This document shows positions 38,799 through 53,700 of a stretch of 64,000 nt of DNA, in pieces. Source of the stretch: Lingula anatina (lineage: Eukaryota > Animalia > Brachiopoda); NCBI GenBank assembly GCA_051362555.1, contig CM120647.1:10888651-10952650 (forward strand). The letters are read 5' to 3'. The first letter of the stretch is position 1, and the number at the start of each line of letters is the position of its first letter. Below the pieces are notes generated by a model that was given only the letters and a program-made list of their open reading frames with translations, had not been told where the DNA came from and ran no database searches. The position numbers and the translations under genes are program-made.

Positions 38799-41566
38799 TC
38801 TGCTACGCTTGCTGCTTCATGGAACTGTTTTTCTTTATTTGTACATTATCTTTATTGTTATAAATAAAAATAGAAAAAAAATTTAAATATGTGGTTGGTG
38901 GATTGTTTCATTTCATTATTGGGATGTGTAATGGACTGCGTCACTAACAAATTTTTATACTTTAATAATTACCAAGAAGCTTACCATGTGATTAAGTGCC
39001 TTCTCTTAAAGTAACGGCAAAGAAGGAAATAAGAGCCAAACATGACAGTAATGGAAGGAGTGAGGGCACGTGTTTTAAAACAAAATAGATCCATATCTGC
39101 CCCCACCAAACGAGGACGGAAAAGATTATTTTTTCCCTTTTAAGTTTGCTTTTATAATAAGCACCATTGTAGAAATTCTTTTTGATAATCTATGCAAAGT
39201 CATTAGGTTATGACGGACCAATCAGGCCAATGTATATAGAACTGTTTATTAGCATGTCTGTCACTGTAAAACGATGCAGTAGTCCTGCAATAAAGCGCCT
39301 CTCGGTGCGATGGTGAACTACGGCGATGATTATATCTTTTAAATGGGGGGAAACTGCGAGTTTTATCAATACTGTTTTCTGATGGCATAGATTTGTAAAA
39401 TTAGAGCATTTATATTGAGTGGTAAAAAAAAAAATTAAAAAAAATGAAAAGCAGACTATGTTATGGATCTATTCGGTGCATTTAAAACACCACAAATGCT
39501 ATTTATAAAAATATTTTAATGGATCCAAAATTATGTTTCTGAAAAACTGATAATTTTTCAATCTAGTCATTACCGTAGTTATTTGTTATGCTGTGTTCAG
39601 CTTCTCCGAGAGAGGAAATTTGTCTCTGATCAGTCGTACAACTGATATCTTTCAATTTAAATTTTGCTTGACAAACTTAAGATTTATTGAGACTTGGGGA
39701 TGTTGTTACCCCATTTGTTGAAACCGCCAGCCAAGAAGTTATAAAGTTATAACTTCTTGCGCCAGCCAACAGCCACAAGGGGCCACCCAGGTCCAGCCCC
39801 GAGCTTCGTGAATGGAGGGTGGTATTTGAGTACGGTCAATTCTTATGAATGTGTTAGCGGTGACTGTCTCAACCGATGCAATGGATCTTTTAGCGCGAGT
39901 GCCGCTTGAATCGAGGTTTCCATTGTATGATTATTGTAAACCTGGAATGTGGTCGATATATGTAATAAACATATACCAAGTAATAGAAAAAACAAACAAA
40001 AAACGTGATATATGGTATCTTCTCATTACACTGGCCATTGCTGTATATTTGCAGTAGATCGGATTCGAGCCCCACTTACATGTATCTGAGGATTCTTAGG
40101 ATCTTTTATGCCCACTGTGTTGCTTTCTGATATTTAAGAAATCGAATTATGCCAACAGAGCGATGTTTTGTGATCGTTGTTAATTCTAACCCAGAAGTCG
40201 CGCGCTCTGCGTCCGAGAGTGGGTTGCGAGAAGGTGGTGAAAAAACGTGGAGCCCCCTTAACGCATCCTAAAGGTTTGAAACATGTCATTCAGAATATCA
40301 AGATGAAATTAAAAGTAATCCTGATGAAATTAAAAGCAATCCTGATGCTCCGTGTTTGGAAAAGAGATGTACTTGCCGGCGGTAGGCGCGCTCTCAATCA
40401 CACGCGCACACGCGACCATACGGGCTTAGGTTATACCGATCTATACCTGCACGTGTAGGCGACGCTGCGAAGCACGCGCACTGCAAGCTAGCCAAAAAGT
40501 CACAGCCAGGTCTTCAGACCATGCCTGTACCTCTCTCTCTACACAAGGCCGCTGTTGGATCCAGCTACCCCGCGGTGATATATCAGTGCCAGCGACGGTT
40601 GCAGGGTTTTTGGCAATAAAGAACTCTTAACAATCATTATGGAGGCCGCGGCGCACAATTCCCACATTTGTGAGTGTGTGGAGTAACAAGATCCGCGTGC
40701 GACCAACGCTCAGGAGACCTCTACAGTGAACTTAACATACGCCGCCAATAAAACGCTCTGCGGGTGCGTGACGGGACTGTGCCGCTTGCTAACGTACCAC
40801 GGAACAACCACTAGGTCGATGAATTGATTGACGGCAAACCACGACACTCAGGCAGCGGAGCTGGCAGCTTTCTTGTAACTTTGTGCTGTAGACTATATGA
40901 TAGAGAAAGACGTGTTTATGTCCTACAAGGTTACAGGGGCCCGGTTACACGTTTTCTACGGTGGCCTGAGTGGACGCACATACTTTGTGATGGGCTTACA
41001 CTTCTGTCAATTCTCTCTCTCTCCTTTCTGCTGTTGCCTTTACATATTTTCTTACGTCATTCAGAATATTTTGTAAAATACAACTTGTTTGTCCAAAGAA
41101 AAGACTGGCACCTCTCTCTTTGTAAATATTTCCAAAATATTTGTCTATATATATTTTTTATTTATGTTTGTCTTCCATTTATTTATTTATGTATCTATGT
41201 ATTTATTTATTTATTTACTACCTGTACCACAATGACAATTAATTACCAAATGAATATGCTATAAACATGACGACAACAATATACCTAAAATTAACATATA
41301 CCGCCAAAGCCATACATGGAGCACCCAGATATCACCGCTTGCCGACCTCGAGACACTGCAAGCTGGGAAAGGATAACACCAGATCAATTCCGGGCATAAT
41401 GAAACCCTGTGTAACCAGTCAAATCTCGTTATATTTGTTGACAGTCTACGCACGTGTTCAACACAATGCTGGCGTCCCACAATGTGGTTAGATTAACCCG
41501 CCGTGGAGAGAGCAGCCAGTGGCCCCGTGGCGTGTTGACCAGTGCTGGGGAAAGATGGGGTTTTTA

Positions 41567-41777
41567 GGGCACGTCCCCAATGAAACTATCGTTCTACGTC
41601 GATCGTTCCAGTTCTGTGGGGACTCTGCCTGAATGCAATCACATAAAATGACTGAAACACCCCTTTGACCTGCTAGGGGGTGATTGACGCTCATGTGCAC
41701 TTCGTTTTGAGTGGGACTGAATGAACACAAAGTTGGATCGATCTAACTAGAACGTTAGTTTCATTGGGAATGCACCC
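41567..41777. mobile_element. PIF/Harbinger (Tourist-like) MITE, same family as 26568-26823
   Basis: TIRs gggcacgtccccaatgaaactatcgttcta / tagaacgttagtttcattgggaatgcaccc; TTA TSD on both sides. Confidence 0.75.
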
Positions 41778-42647
41778 TTACACATGCTGGGAACCTATTT
41801 AAGCGACTGGGATGTTTGTAACCGTAGAACCATGTTTTATTTGTTCAATAATGAGGTCGCTGCATTGTATTTCAGTGGCATGGGGACAATACGATAACCC
41901 CAGTACTTTCTAGCCGCTGTCCTGTGACACCAAGGAATCTGACACCTTGACAGTTTATGTATCATAGTTGTGCACGTGGATATAATTAAGTTGAGAGTTA
42001 ACGCGTGCTAGGACGCCCTTGTAGTCACACATCTCCCATTAGAGGAAAATGACCTGTCCTTAGTCCCTTGACCCGAGAATGTATACAAATACACACACTA
42101 AACATTGCAGGGAAGCTGCAAGGAGCCGGTGTAACAGAAATGGTAGTCAGCTAGGAACTGCAGTCCATTCCCCTTTACTTTGTACAGGTGATTTTGTCCA
42201 TATATTGTGTTCTAGCCCCTACACTCCGACTAACCCTAGCCTGTACATATCATATGGGACCCCGTACTTAGGCAGTTAGATTCATGATATCTGTTGTATA
42301 ATGCACCACGTAACTCTCATAAATTTATATTTCGTGGTAAAAATCCATGCTGAAGTCAGTCGACGTGGTTCTGGGCGGCGAACAATATGTTTGTGTTAAA
42401 TTCCAACATTTAGTAAGCGAGGAGGAGGAGGTCCAATCCAAATTAAAATAAGTGCGCAATATTACCGCGTTAACAAAAACATCCTCCGTGTCAGCAGTGA
42501 ACAAGTTATCGTGGGAATAGGCCAGCGTTCAGCTTCCCAACTGGTTTTCCATTCGTTTAAGGGTTAAAAACATTTGTTAAACTTTTCAAGTAGTCGAGTA
42601 ATGTACTGATCCCAGTGAGTGAGTCACCGTGTAAGTCGAAAGAGATG

Positions 42648-42930
42648 CTAATATCCCGATCCTGGTCCGGGAGCTTTACCCCGAGTTTGCAGTATCGACT
42701 GTGGACAGATGTGGACTGATTATTTAGAGGTGAGTTGACATTTACATCTGAAAACTCGGGGTAGGGGCTGAAAACCTGGTTAAACGTTCGCCGGTGTTGA
42801 TATCCCTGTCCTGGTCCGGGAGTCTTGGCCTGGTTACACGTTGTCTGGTGTTTTGATATCCCGGTCCTGGCCCGGAGACTAGGCCTGGTTACACGTTCAC
42901 TGCTGTTGATACCTCGGTCCTGGTCCAGAA
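42648..42930. repeat. Degenerate tandem repeat (gatatcccggtcctggtccggga...cctggttacacgtt)
   Basis: Four related units by direct reading. Confidence 0.7.
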
Positions 42931-45059
42931 TGTCAACTGACATTACGGACTGGTCGGTTAGACAAAAACACCTAAATTACTTTCTTTACGTGCATGTTTT
43001 GGATAACAGATAAATCTCCAGAGTTTAATGACTAAATTTGAATTTACACGTGTACTTTTACTGATGGCGTAATCATTGCGAAAATGAGATAAAAATTTCA
43101 AAATCGGTTTTTCAAATCGCTCCTTTGCCTGAGCACCTACGAACACCTTTCCACGCCAATTTAATGAGTAATTAAAAACCCAAACCACTGAGTAATCCAA
43201 AACCCTGCCAGCGATTTTTCTTTAAAAATGCATTTTTTCCATGAAACATTGTAATTAATTACCTCCTCAAACTCCATGACAAAATGACGGCACGGGCGAA
43301 CGCTCATGCTTATCAGCGGGAACTATAAACGCCGATCTTACATATTTTTTGAGGTTTTTTTTATTGCTTTTAGTCGGCAAAATGGTGGACGCATTATTGA
43401 ATAATTAGATGCACGAAAAACCTGACCTTCGGTGTTTTGATGGTCATAGGGACCATTCCCAGACCCTATCGTACTAACTGTGGATCTATCTATCTCCGAG
43501 GTAATCAATATAAGCGGCTTAGATGTCTGTCATGCCAACTGAAGCTGCTAGGGGATAATAAACTATCGTTTAGCAGCTTCAGTAAGCTTGCCAGACATCT
43601 AAGCCCCTTCATCTGAAAGCAATTTAGCGAGAAAACCCTCGGAGATGGATCGATCCTGTTAGATCGATCTAGGTATGGGAACCCAGTCATAAACCCTGTC
43701 TGTAACTTTAATTGGGGGAGTGTTCGTGGGGTGCTCGTCTTCATATTTACCAAGTCAAGAAGCACGTGCCGTTTCGTCAAAAAACGGATAGTGTCACCTT
43801 TTCGTATTATCCCACATTAATTAAAAACCAATTTTCTAAATGGCAAGGACTATGTAAGCTAATAACAAAGACACAGACTGCGGATAAAGTCAAAACCCAG
43901 AAAAACGTGCAAACATTTATTATCCTTCAAATGCCTAATCTTCTAGCACGCTTTGTTTAATGCGTTTGTATGTATCCTTCTACCGCGGTACAGATGAGAA
44001 CGTAAATAATCGTGAAATAATAGGCGTTCATGATAAATGATTGCTCGCCACTTAAACAGTGATAGATAAAAACTACAGGGGAAAATAAATCTTGAAAGGT
44101 TTGAAGCACTGTAGAAAGTAAACCAACGTTTGTGTAAAGATAATGTGATAGTGAAATGAACCGTCACGTATAACTGATATTAGTTGGCATAACGGATGAG
44201 AGAAATACTAGAAGTAAGGGGAGGATCTCAAGGAAAATAGGGGGATAAGAAGCCATTAAATCTCTATGTTAATTGAGCAACTGCTTGTACTTGTGTAAAT
44301 GATGTCAATTTCCACTTGGTCAAAGTTATAGGCTGCTGACGTTTATCTGACGCCCTGTATTTGTGAACCCGTAATTGTTTGCTTGTTACGGTAATTCGAT
44401 TATTCTTACCCTTAAAAGCATTTGGTGGTAAGCAAAGATTTTGATTATAGTTAAGTTAAGAAAAACGTGTCATTTACTGTGCGTAAGTCAATGGATAGAT
44501 AAATATGAAATAAAATAAAGTTGATAAGTGCATAAACTCTTGGCTATAATTTTATTGTTATTGTTTTATTTGAATGCAATATAAAACTGATCATTTTGAG
44601 ACAAAAATATTATAATTGTCTCATTATTTAACATGAAAGTATTATTTTCAAAATTACAGAAGGATATTTCTAAACTAAGCAAATGAAATGTTACAAAATA
44701 TATTTCTTCATTTCATTGATTACAAAGAAACAGAAATCTTTGAAGAAAAGCAGAGCGCGTCAGCGTTCTTTAAATTAATTTCAAAGTCGGCACCGACTTC
44801 GTCAATTAGGACGGCGGTATCTCAACATTTAATTCAATGTCTAAACTCTTACATCAGCTTCAAACAGAAAATCCAGTTTATATTTTTGAAGCTTCCTTTG
44901 AAGAACCGTGAAGCGGGGCAGATAACGTCAAGTCACTGTAACCATAACACACTCGTTCTCAATATTCGCCGACATCTGACGCAGAAATTCTATCTGTTCC
45001 CATCCTAAACACGCATACTTTCATAAAGGGCACAACACGAAGATTCGGATGCATATAAT

Positions 45060-47700
45060 TACTCCCAATTTACCACGTGTGTTTTTTGCCTCCGAGGCTA
45101 AAAAGTAAATAAATACGATTGCCAGCACACCGTGGGAAGCAACACCCGAGTGAAGAAGGAACGCTGAATCTTCTTTTAATTTCTTCCTTGCCTCCTCCAT
45201 TTGCGAACATTTGGCAATTATTTCCAACGTAATGCAAATACGTGGGCTAGTTTCGCTTTAGGAAAAATAAATCATTTGAGATACATAAAGTAAATAAACA
45301 TAAATCAAAAATGTAATTAAATTATGAATGATTAAGTGGCATTTGACACCCGGGTTATTAATTACGCAAACAAACGCCACGACCCGTGCCACATTACGTA
45401 ACTTGCACGTGCCACGCATTTGTCAACGTACAACAGACGATGTAACACTGTGAAAAGAGCCCTTCCTATCAGGAAATCTACCGATAATTAAATCCTGCAA
45501 TAGTTTTGAAGCAGAGATTGCTCTAAAACCACAAGCCACAGAGTGGGCTTTCGTCACCCTATTTGTGAACACAGACGCGTGATTTTTCAATACGTTTCCG
45601 ACTGGAAACAGACATTATTAAAGAAAGTGATGGGAGAGCATGAGCCACAAAGACACCAGCCACGTGTAACAATCCCCTCCAAAAATCTCAAAAACCGGCA
45701 GCCCGCAGCAGACCCATGAGTTCAAGCCCAAAACCCACTTCAAACGCCGCACATTCATTTACATTCCGGTTGGGCGGTCATATTTATCATTTCTTTGTCA
45801 CTAAAAATAGCTTAACGTTCATGTATCCAGTAGTAAACCATATCAGCCCCCGCCCCCTCGCCCCCCCCCCCCTTTCACCCTAGCTCTCCACCCCGAGGTT
45901 TTCCTGGACTTTACGCGTTTCACACGGCCTTGCGCTACCATAACGCAGTGCTACTCTCCCATGTAGAAATTGGTTGTCAAACAAAAGCTGCTCATCTGGT
46001 AAGAATGGGCGGTCCGATTTCACGGGGAGAAACAGACGAGAGACACGTGCACAGTGACAATTGTCCGTATTGATTGACAGCTCGATTGAAGTGATAAACA
46101 TGCTATCGGAGGCTCTACAGGATGTAGCTAATGTAATAATCTGGAATGGAAGGAAATAGTAGGAAATTGATGCTTTAGATTCGAAGTCAAGGAAGGCGAA
46201 ATTAAATTAGAGTTAAGATGTTCTAAATATTTGTAAACAAGGGTATATATCTGTTCTCCTTTCAACCTCCCAGGAAGCCAGCAATCAACACAACCTATCT
46301 GATAATAATATATACGGCTGATTTTACAGGTTTTGTTGGGTGTTATCTGTTTAATTCACATGCGATGACTGGATACTTGACATCATAGGAATTACGTTTT
46401 TATAGTTTGATGAACGTACGGAGAAACTACCTCTGCTTTCAGGCCCGTAGCCAGGGGGTTCAGGGGGGTTCAGGGGGGGGGGGGGGGTTCGAAAGAACCG
46501 CCCCTCTTGCTGGGAAAAGGTCCACTCTGGGTAAAATTTGAACTAGGTACATGAAGTTTTTATGGAAAAAGGTCCACTTTTTCAGAAAAAGAACCCCCCC
46601 TTTTGAAATTGCTGGCTACGGGCCTGGCTTTACAGTGAAAAGATTAATCAGATGAAGATGGGGTTTAACAACACAAGGGCCAATAAAATTCATAATTTAG
46701 TTCAAAATACATTTGAGTAAATGCTTCACACCAGCCACCAAAAACAGCAGGGAAACCTGAATTATACTCTTACTTTTACAACCTCAAATACCAACCTTTT
46801 TAATCTACTCAAATATCTCATTGCGATCTTTAGTTGCAATGTTGTTAAAACACGGAACGCTCATATTACCCTGTCGGCCAAACGCCTCTCCCTGAAATAT
46901 CGGGTCATTTTACCAGTTGCGTGGAATTCACTAGGAGCAGCGTTTCCCACGACCCGCTCGTGTGAGCCGCGCGTCCCGCACACCTGCGGTGCCCGTCAAC
47001 GGCATACTCAATGCCGCCTTCACTTCATGCCTATATCGCACACGGGGTATTTTCCGCGTATCGTTGTATCTAAGCCCGTGAACGAAGGTTATACTCCGTT
47101 ATGACTTTTCTCGTTAATTATAAACCGATATTTTGATTGGATTTCAACTGATATTTTTGAGTTGTTTACTAGTTTAGAATTAAATGCCGTAATGTGGGCT
47201 GTGTAATGCCGGTAGTCGCACTGCGTGTTGGTTATACAGCGTCTGACGATGCCATCTGGCGTGCTATTAATAAGGCACGACCAATGATTGAACGGACTGA
47301 TATCAGATATTAATGACTGAACAAGAACACTTTTGTGGGAGACACTTGCGGTTTAACAGGGACATTTTACAACTTTGCATTTAGAGAAAAAAACAAGGTG
47401 AATGTTTTCTATACTTTGACATGTATCGAGTAATTTGTCAGTGGTTAAAAATCTATTTTATGTAGCGACTGTAAGTTAGAAAATTGAAGTTTGCACTTCA
47501 ATATATATTGTTTTGTTTATTCTCCCTAAAAAATTGGACCATTGTCTAGGAAAGCGCGCGCTAAGTCAACACGAGCCCGGCTGTCAATCACGTGCGGTGT
47601 ATTTCTGGGAGGTGTGTCTTTCACACACTCGCCACTGCTATATGTTTAGAGCGTGGGAATCCCCAGTTAGTTTCAATCTAATTCCTGTCTCAGGAAAGAG
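45060..47700 (+). promoter_or_regulatory. Hey upstream regulatory region with CSL/Su(H) sites and bHLH E-boxes
   Basis: CGTGGGAA at 45131, 46944 (reverse) and 47652; tttcacac at about 47619; CACGTG at 45074, 45406, 45661, 46044 and 47589. Confidence 0.7.
46440..46626. mobile_element. MITE with 15-bp TIR CAGGCCCGTAGCCAG and 5-bp TSD (copy 2)
   Basis: Perfect TIRs; TSD gcttt at 46435-46439 and 46627-46631. Confidence 0.9.
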
Positions 47701-47747
47701 CCGAGTTTGCAGACGAAGGTTCCTGCTTCCTGGAAAAATCAGCAGAG

Positions 47748-50700
47748 ATGACAAACGTCAAAAGAAGCGCCAGCGACAGCGACGGAGACGACGTGTTCGA
47801 CGATTCCCTGGATGTCGGGTGAGGAAGTCCGCCTTTAGTTTTGGTGTTAATCGGATATATGTGATTTGTTTTCAGTCACTTTCAGCGACACGCGCGCACG
47901 TGACCAAGGACGTTGGGTGTTAATGCCTGCACGCGTGCACGACCTACTGCCCCACCGGCGTCTTCCATAGCTAGTGTGTCCGCGTGTTCAACCAACGGCA
48001 CTGTCGTCTGCAGCTTGTAAAGTTCTGAACGCGAACCGTCGTCGGCTTTCATAAGAGATGCTCTTTTTTATATAGAAATAATATGTAGGTAAATTGATGG
48101 GAGACCCGACCACATTCGTTGCGGAAATGTGAATATCAATTTATTTGCGCGGACGTTCTGGCAACGGTAGGCCTACATAGAGTAAATTATAGGACGTATT
48201 CATATCCCGTTAATTTCTAAAAAAAAAATTAACGCAAAAGGCGTCGGAACATAAACTGTTAAAAAACCCAACATGTTGAAAGTTTGGCTCGAAATCGATG
48301 CTAATTCCGGACAGACGTTTTATGTATTGTGTTCGTGCTGCCGGGGCGGTGTACAGCTTTAGCTGGCTATGGTGTAACCGCGTCCTGGCTACAGCAGTTT
48401 TTGAACTTCAGTGTGGCAAGGATGCACTGTGGTTGGGGGATAATTGATTCAGGAAACGAAATATGTCGGAATACGAAGAGAGAAACGAGTACACTTCTTA
48501 GTATAAGTGGACATCGCAGTCGAATATTTTACTTACTTACAGAAATAATGTTAAATTGACGCATGTTCAGCATTGTTCTCACAGCAACCATTTCCGATAA
48601 CTTGTTTTCACTTTCCCTGTATTGCCAAGCGGTGTTATTTATATTATCTGAAGACCCCTGTGTGTGCCTTCATGTACAATTAACAGGTCCTTTTTATAAG
48701 CAAAAATGTAAAACATATTTGTACTGCAGCGTTGTTTACAAGCACTTTTTCAGTGTGTTTTCGTTTAAGTCTAAAGTCTGGACTCTGGTGAAAATTTCCC
48801 ATGCTTCTGTAGAACCACCCTGAATTTCATTATTCAAAATGATAAATACTTTGAATATATCAGTGAAGTATAGGAACATTGCAGTAGCAAGTATATGTTT
48901 TTTTACTGTGATCTCAGGGTGTAAAATAGTCGATGTTGCAACCACGATAAAAATGGAATTTGTTCTTTGGTAGCAATACGGGCACATTGACAGTGTAAAA
49001 CATTAACAAGATCGGGCCAGCTGGTCCCGCCGTGGCTCCAAAATAACACTAAACAGAACCGACGTCCCGGAATAACAATAACAAATCTACTCGAGAGTTA
49101 AACTGAATTTTTTTCTTCTTCTTTTTTTATTTAGCTCTCCATCGCAGAGTTGCACCATGAGCGACAGGAAGAAAAGAAGAGGGGTAAGTTTGCCATCGAT
49201 AACATTTCTGATATTTATTTTTACAGACACTTGTTGTTGCGTTTAATTACTGTGTTAATTGGCAAAATACTACTGCGGACTTGTCTTAGTTGATTTAACA
49301 CTGTTCAAATCTGCATGTATAGCAATAACGTCAAGAGGGTCAGAGTATTGAGAGAAATGAGGCAGCCAATAACTAACCGTTTCCCGAGTTAGTGACAGGG
49401 CCAGATCATTGTCTCACGTGACCCCTGGTAACCGTTTTCTTTATTGACATACGTGACGGGCACTTTACGAGGACAGCCAAAACATTTTGTGGAAAAACGG
49501 ACACCGCAATCGTCCATAATTGGCGATACTTTTAATGTCAACTGACCGGGTCCAAAAAGACGTTCATGGCATTCCATTCGATAATCAATATTTCAAGGAA
49601 GTAATCAGTAGTTCAAAATTGCGATCTATGTCAGATGGGGGTATTGAAGGTTGCCACAGCGCACTTGACTCTGATGTTCGCTGTCGGCTTGTGGTATGAT
49701 AAAAGTGGTCCGGTCTGTGATGTTTGCCGCAATATTGACAGAGGGGATAAATACATTCAGTATCAAGTGGGTTCTGTCGGCAGTTAAAAAAAGAGGAAAA
49801 AAACAAGATTCAGACCCGTAGACGAGGCGGGTTTGTGGGGGAGTCGAAAGAATCCCCCTTTTTGCTGGGAAAGGGTCCCCTCTGGGTAATATTATGAATA
49901 GGCACACGAAGGTTTCATGGTTAAAGGTCCACTTTTTTAGAAAAAGAACACCCCTTTTGAAATTGCTGGCTGAGATTTTAATCCAGAGAAAAGGCTGCAT
50001 TTCAACTGACAATAGACTCTCTCATACTCATTCCCTTCTTCTTTATTATTAGATGACTCCCTGCGTATTTCTTTCTCTTCATTATAATATGGTGTCTCGC
50101 CTCTCTCTCTCTTTTCTTCTTCTTCTTTGATAATGCTCTGTGTTTTCATTTCTCTGTTTTATAATATGGTGACCTCCCCCCTTCCCCCCCTCTCTCTCTC
50201 CGCTTAATATCAATTCGAGAACACAAGGAAATTAGTCTTTACTCAATGAAAAATAAATCCGTCTTCTCTCACAAGCTATAACGCGGCTACTCACAGGGTA
50301 AAACACGCTTAAATCAATTGACATAAAACTCCGGGAATTTCTGCCTTTATCACCAAAAGCAGTAATTTCCCCCCCACAAACCCACGTAACCCTGTCGACT
50401 AATATCCCACCCCACCCTTTTTGATAGCTGCCACAGCAGTGTTATCAGATCAGAGCACGGCTCTCTTTATGAAACGCCGAGCGTTCCCACGCCGCTACAA
50501 ATGTCTATTTTTACCGCAGTAACATCCATCTGGGCTAAATTTGCCCGTGCTTCTCTCCCGACCAGAAAAAATATTATCAATATTTTCATCTCAAACCGCA
50601 CTGTAATGGGACAATGTTTGGAGAGAATACTTCGAGAGTAATTAGTCTTCAATTTATCTGAACTTTTGTACGTGAAGGCAGGTGATTGGATGAAAAAAAG

Positions 50701-53700
50701 GATGCCTAAACAGTTGATGTTAGTTAGAATTAAATGATTTCATCTGGGCAGTTTTTGATTTTTTTCTAAAAGAGATAGTCGGTTGCAGGTCGTGGTTATT
50801 TTTATGACCACAAACTGACCATAGACTGACCATAGACTATGTGTTTGTGTACTTACTCCAAACGTAGCTGACCACTTATTTGGTACCGCAACGCATTTTA
50901 CGAAAGACATTTTATCTTAATTACATACGTATATTTTCACAGGCTGATTCCTGTATGACGTATCATATCACAATTGCAATTTATTGAAAATCATCTCTTA
51001 CCCAAGCTCTTAATCTTCTATCTATTCGATTATTAAATACAAGCAAACAGGACAGAAAACAAAATACATATTGAAGAAGTTTGGCTTGACAACTGTTACA
51101 TATTGTGATTGTGAGCGTGTGCAGCACGACCCACAATCACGCGCGTGTTAAAAGGCATGCACGTGCAGTGCGTGGTGGTTAGAGTAAGAAAGTGTGAAAT
51201 GAATTTGTTTTATCTTGGAATAGGCGGGATAGACTCGAGTTTGTGATGTGCACTTCTTTGAAAAATGAAACCAGCAAAAGTAGACAAGTACAAGTGAATA
51301 AAACACCAGCCGAGTGAAAGATCCTCATTAGTGTCAAGTCTAAAACAAGGATTGGAGAACACACTGTAGTTACATAATGAGCGTAGCACTTGTTTGTTTA
51401 GCGAAGCAAACATATCATAAAATAAAGAGAAAAAGCAGTCAACCACGGCTTCATCTCCGCCCTGGCACGTTTTCCCAAATCATCCCGGATCAATCCAATC
51501 CCACCCGGTCACTTTGAAGAAATATTGTTTTTACCAGAGGGCGAAGCTGTCGTTAATTCCTTGAGCCGTTCATCTGGAGCGTCAACACGACATGTTAACA
51601 GCCAGGATACACGGTTTCTTCTTCTTCACCCCCCCCCCCCCCCCCCGGCATAGGCCGCTTACATCATCAGTCGATCAAAACATTAACAAGCCGACCATTC
51701 CCCTTTACACACAGACGCTTGCGTCTTGCTTAATTTAACAACAAATTAGGGGGACCGGCCGTGTTGTTTTTTATGTGCTTTGAATTAAAGTAACGTGTAC
51801 CACATCTGTATCGAACTTTGGCCCATAATTGGATAATAGCCGCCTGTTTGTTTTTCGGTGGATTGATGTTTTTCTTTCATCCCCGCAGGTGGTTTCACTA
51901 AGAGCTATCTTCTCTCGACATTTTTTCCTACAGTGGTTCGAGTCCTACAGACAGAAACTAGAGCGACCTCTTATGTCCGCTTTTCACAAAAAAATGTTCA
52001 CGAAAATAAATGCCTTAGCTTCAGCTAGGATATATACTGAATAGGATAATTTTTTCACTTGTAATTTTGTCAATGGCAAATATATAATTTCACTTATATT
52101 ACTGATGTTAGTTTTTAAAGCCCTTTTTGTCTTCATAAAAATATGAATATAGCACCATATCTTTTTACAGATAATAGAAAAACGAAGACGGGATCGAATC
52201 AACAACAGCTTAGCGGAGCTGCGTCGACTGGTGCCAACTGCATTTGAAAAACAGGTAATAAAAACAATTTTAATTTTGCCAAGTAAAATTGCCATGAATA
52301 TATGTCTTCAGGATTCCTCCCCGCCAGTAACTCACAGCGTAACTTCAAACCCCTCAATACCGCCAGGGAGTTAATAACCGTCGCCTGTTATTACAAATAC
52401 TGTATGAAATCCGACAGAGAGCACACACGACCCAGATGACCCTGCATGAAAACAGTATGATTTGGGGGACATTATTCCCGCCCGCCAAGCGAATAAATAT
52501 AGAATAGACGCAGATATTAAGTAGCGGACTCGGCGAACCGTGACCGCCGCACGCTGTTCAAGTTGACATCGCGACCGCAGTTCCCGCGTGCCGCGTGTTG
52601 ATCTTACCCACTGCGCTGTGATATATGTCACTGTTGGCAGTGCAAATAGCTTCTGGTCGCCGAGAACCCTTTTCACGTCACCATGACAAAAGGAGGAGAA
52701 AAGCCGGTGACAAGGCGCGTGCCAAGCTGACCAATCCCTGCCCGAATTTGTCGCATTCCCCTCCCCAGCTGCTTGCGCATTCATTTTATTATTTCGGTGC
52801 GAGTGCGTCTTAAGAATGGCTATGCCCTACCAATATAGGGTGATGAAACTACAATAGCAATTAACATTTGTTTACACAGAGATATTGATATTTAGAAAAT
52901 ATTATATCCAATGCATATTATCATGACATAATACTGTGTCATTATCGGACTTGATTGTGCTTGTATACAATGAATGAGTTGCCTGAAATATGAGTTGCTG
53001 TATTAAGTTGTGTGTCATGATGTCAAAGCGCCTTGGAAATGACTCGAGTTATTAGCACAGGGTACTTCTCTACATCCGAGGCCAACTGAATGATGACGTT
53101 AAATCCATACCAAAATTCTCACTGCAGAAAAAAGAAAACGAATATCTAGTGAAAAAATCAATCCGTGACCCAGGTTAAAGGGTGACGATCTACCACGGCC
53201 CAGTGCGCACAAAGATCATAGCGGGTCGACGTTTGTTTGCCGTTCACACCGCGGCCACTGATTTTACCGCTCGGATTATCAAATCGATCAAAAAAGCAAC
53301 ACAACTTAAGAAGTACTCTGCCTATGTCCACAACGCCACGTGGCTTTGTTTGAGAGGCGATTCGTTCACGTGGAGGATACGAGCACGCTTCACGATCAAT
53401 TAATGCGTACGTTGTTTGTGTATTGGGAGAGATTTCGTACTCGGTATACACAGAAAAAATGTCAGGTTGGGCTCACTTTCCTTCCTACTTCCTGGTCCAC
53501 GGGCTATTTTGGTTCCTTCTTTTGGAAATCTCAACCGGTGTTTCCCTCCTGTTATAGTAATGCATCTGAACAACCTCGAGCCTTTCAAAAATGAAACGAT
53601 GTGTATAAAATGGTGTCTTCATTAATTCGTATATTGACGAAAAAATGCACAATTTTGTGTAATGGCCTCTTTGTCTTGTAAGCGAAGCAAAACGATCTCT

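Noticed and set aside
47619-47659. Su(H) paired site (SPS) in the Hey promoter
   Set aside because: The two sites are in the opposite order and about 25 bp apart, not the head-to-head 15-17 bp SPS geometry.
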